Assembly: GCA_023515725.1 (NCBI GenBank)
Contig: JALDTO010000266.1
Span: 318,707 to 382,706 of the forward strand
Source: Amoeboaphelidium protococcarum X5
Taxonomy: Eukaryota; Fungi; Aphelidiomycota
DNA length: 64,000 nucleotides
Reading direction: 5' to 3'
Made by a program: the position numbers and the translations under genes. Positions 62,185 to 64,000 of the stretch are shown piece by piece. The notes below the pieces were generated by a model. That model was not told where the DNA came from. It did no database searches and saw nothing but the letters and a program-made list of their open reading frames with translations. Each line of letters starts with the position of its first letter. Within the stretch, counting starts at the first letter, position 1.

Positions 62185-64000
62185 ATGGCAAAGAAAGTAG
62201 CACGTAAATGCAAACTAAATACTGTCTTGAATCTTAGCGATGGTGATAAAGAGAGATTGATACCACAGATTCGACTGAGCTCAGTGCACCTCACCTTTGC
62301 ATCCCGTCTGATCTATCTCAGTCTTAATGTATGGAATGAAGCCGGCAAGGCACTACCTGAGCTATCTCATTAGCAGTATTTCGCGTCAATGCTGGAGTAT
62401 CTTTGCAACTCTGCGTTTCATCGTGACAATGAACACACACGAATACTGGCTGAAACAATCGCTCCTGACGTGCGATAGAGATTGAGGCACGAAAGCCTGA
62501 TTGGTCCAAATCCTAACCTGTACGTGTTTCAAGCGCGTAAGATTATTTAAGCTATCACCTGGCATCTGACTGAAACTATATGGGTCTACTAGAAGAAGGT
62601 GATTAAAGCTTAAATGGAGGCCTTTAATGTAAAAGGCCGAAGGCTTACCGTGTTTCTATAGCTGCTCAACTCTTTGCTGACTGAAGAAGCTGTTAACACG
62701 ATGGAACACTTTGGGGGCGAGTACTTGGAGATTAATCCCGCGACTCAGATACATTTGCCTCCTGATTACGATGCTGGTGAAGATGAGGAGACAATTGCGC
62801 AATAAGATGCTGCTATTAAGGACGAGTTGCTGCAATTGTTATAAGTTGAAGAAGTTCGGCACTTGGTCTCAATGCATCGTCACCATTTATTGGATATTGT
62901 CACCACTTCTTTTAAAGACAGAGCTCCAAGAAGGAGATACAGTAAAAGAAAAGCATAATCTCCTAGTCAGCTTCATGGACTCATCGGTTTCAAGCGATAG
63001 AAATCGGGTAAGATGAAGTAGCGTGATACCCATCAAACATACATGCCATCAAGAGCACACCATGCATTTCAGAATTAGGAGGGCTAGAAAGTTTTGGTCC
63101 AATATCTGATGTATTTGCGTTAAACTCTCAAGGAGCTAGGCTTGCCATCATTCAAGATTTTCCCTACTGGTACCGATCTTCCGCGCCACATCTGCTTTGA
63201 CAATAAAGTTTTGGCTCAGTGGGGATTTGAACAGTATCGCCTGGGCAATCAGTTGGGGGAGGAGTCGAAAGAGGAGGAGGATCAACGGTAATGTATCCTA
63301 AGGCTTAAAGTTTTGGGTCTTTAACAGCGGATGGCTCAATCTAAAAACGTCAGTGTCAGTATCACCTCTGATGGTTTTGCGTGCTCCGTGTCTGTTTCAG
63401 ATTAAGGTGGGAAAGCGTATGCAAATGAAGCTTCAGACCTGCAGAGAAAAGCACGAAGCATTGACGTGTCTCAAGTAATTGTTGGGGCTTTTGCTTTGGA
63501 AAACTGTCGGAATCTCCAACAAAGATTAGATGGCTCTCGATTGATTGGCGTTGACCCTGGTAAGAAGAACGTACTGGTGTGGGGCGACGACGCGGACGTC
63601 GATGGTGCAATTACGCTAAAAGAAGCCAAGAAGGAGCTAAAAGAAACGGGCCACATATCTGCTGGATACTGGTAACGTCTTGCATTGACTACAGAGTCTG
63701 AAGCCCATCTGTTGCATATTAAACCAACTGAAATCACGCTGATGGAGTAAGATATGGCCTAATCAAACACTTGCCAGTAGTATCTCGATGTTTACATCAG
63801 ATATTTTGAGGACGTCTATGCCTTCTACTCAAGATCATTCCATCGTAATTGGAGATTCCGACGATTTTGCGCGACCAAGTCTGCGTTTGGTAAAGTCATC
63901 GACATGATGTATGGCAGGCCAAAGCCACCAGTGCCTAAAATCAACGATCGGCGCCGAGGTAAAGCTGCAAAGAAGAGGAAACGCGAACTGCGTAAATCTA
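62185..64000 (+). CDS. Fanzor1-like (TnpB/Cas12-related) RuvC nuclease, 3'-truncated by the window edge
   Basis: One frame of 605 codons without TGA. FKIFPTGTDLPRHICFDNKVL, SITSDGFACSV (63358-63390), GAFALE, RuvC-I LIGVDPGKKN (Asp codon 63553), helix YAFYSRSFHRNWRFRRFCATKSAF, then a K/R-rich insert. Confidence 0.85.

Larger units (their letters stand above)
60593..64000 (+). mobile_element. Probable Fanzor-carrying DNA transposon (left boundary uncertain, right end outside the window)
   Basis: The dense housekeeping gene run stops upstream of the HRD1 start; a repeat array, 1.3 kb without a recognisable gene, and a Fanzor ORF follow. No TIR, TSD or transposase identified. Confidence 0.45.

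Noticed and set aside
635-64000. Mass pseudogenisation or sequencing error as the cause of in-frame stops
   Set aside because: Only TAA/TAG interrupt the frames, they fall at conserved Gln sites, and no frameshifts or internal TGA were found in the genes read.
1-64000. tRNA, rRNA or snRNA genes, including a suppressor tRNA-Gln
   Set aside because: No cloverleaf, A/B-box or rRNA signature recognised in the intergenic regions; a covariance-model scan is needed to exclude them.

Overview
Compact, gene-dense, intron-poor eukaryotic chromosome segment of a fungus-related (opisthokont) organism. It uses a non-standard nuclear code: TAA and TAG encode Gln, and only TGA is stop (translation table 6). 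The supplied ORF track therefore shows only fragments. Re-read by hand with TAR=Gln, about 30 genes become continuous reading frames: RPS2, USP48, NAMPT, HPC2/UBN, inversin-like, THO2, mitochondrial EF-G, (6-4) photolyase/cryptochrome, CHCHD2/MIX17, C2-lipase, SLY1, THO1/SARNP, VMA5, SDS3, B9-domain, PNUTS, TOM70, GAS7-like, RRN6/TAF1C, DH-BAR-SH3, SPT2, ASPM, CSN1, SFP1, VPS55, HRD1 and others. Fungal-type genes plus this code fit an aphelid such as Amoeboaphelidium protococcarum (inference, not verified). Highlights: (1) a Fanzor1 (eukaryotic TnpB-family RNA-guided nuclease) ORF from 62185 running off the right edge, hidden from standard-code calling by about 20 in-frame TAA/TAG codons, with a 16 x ~16-bp mini-hairpin array ~1.3 kb upstream; (2) an unexplained intergenic array of 22-bp palindromes with alternating ~146/41-bp spacing at 13.8-14.7 kb; (3) a secreted chimera of bacterial-type repeats, TSP1 and a lectin-like domain. 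All translations and family calls were made by eye from motifs, without database searches.
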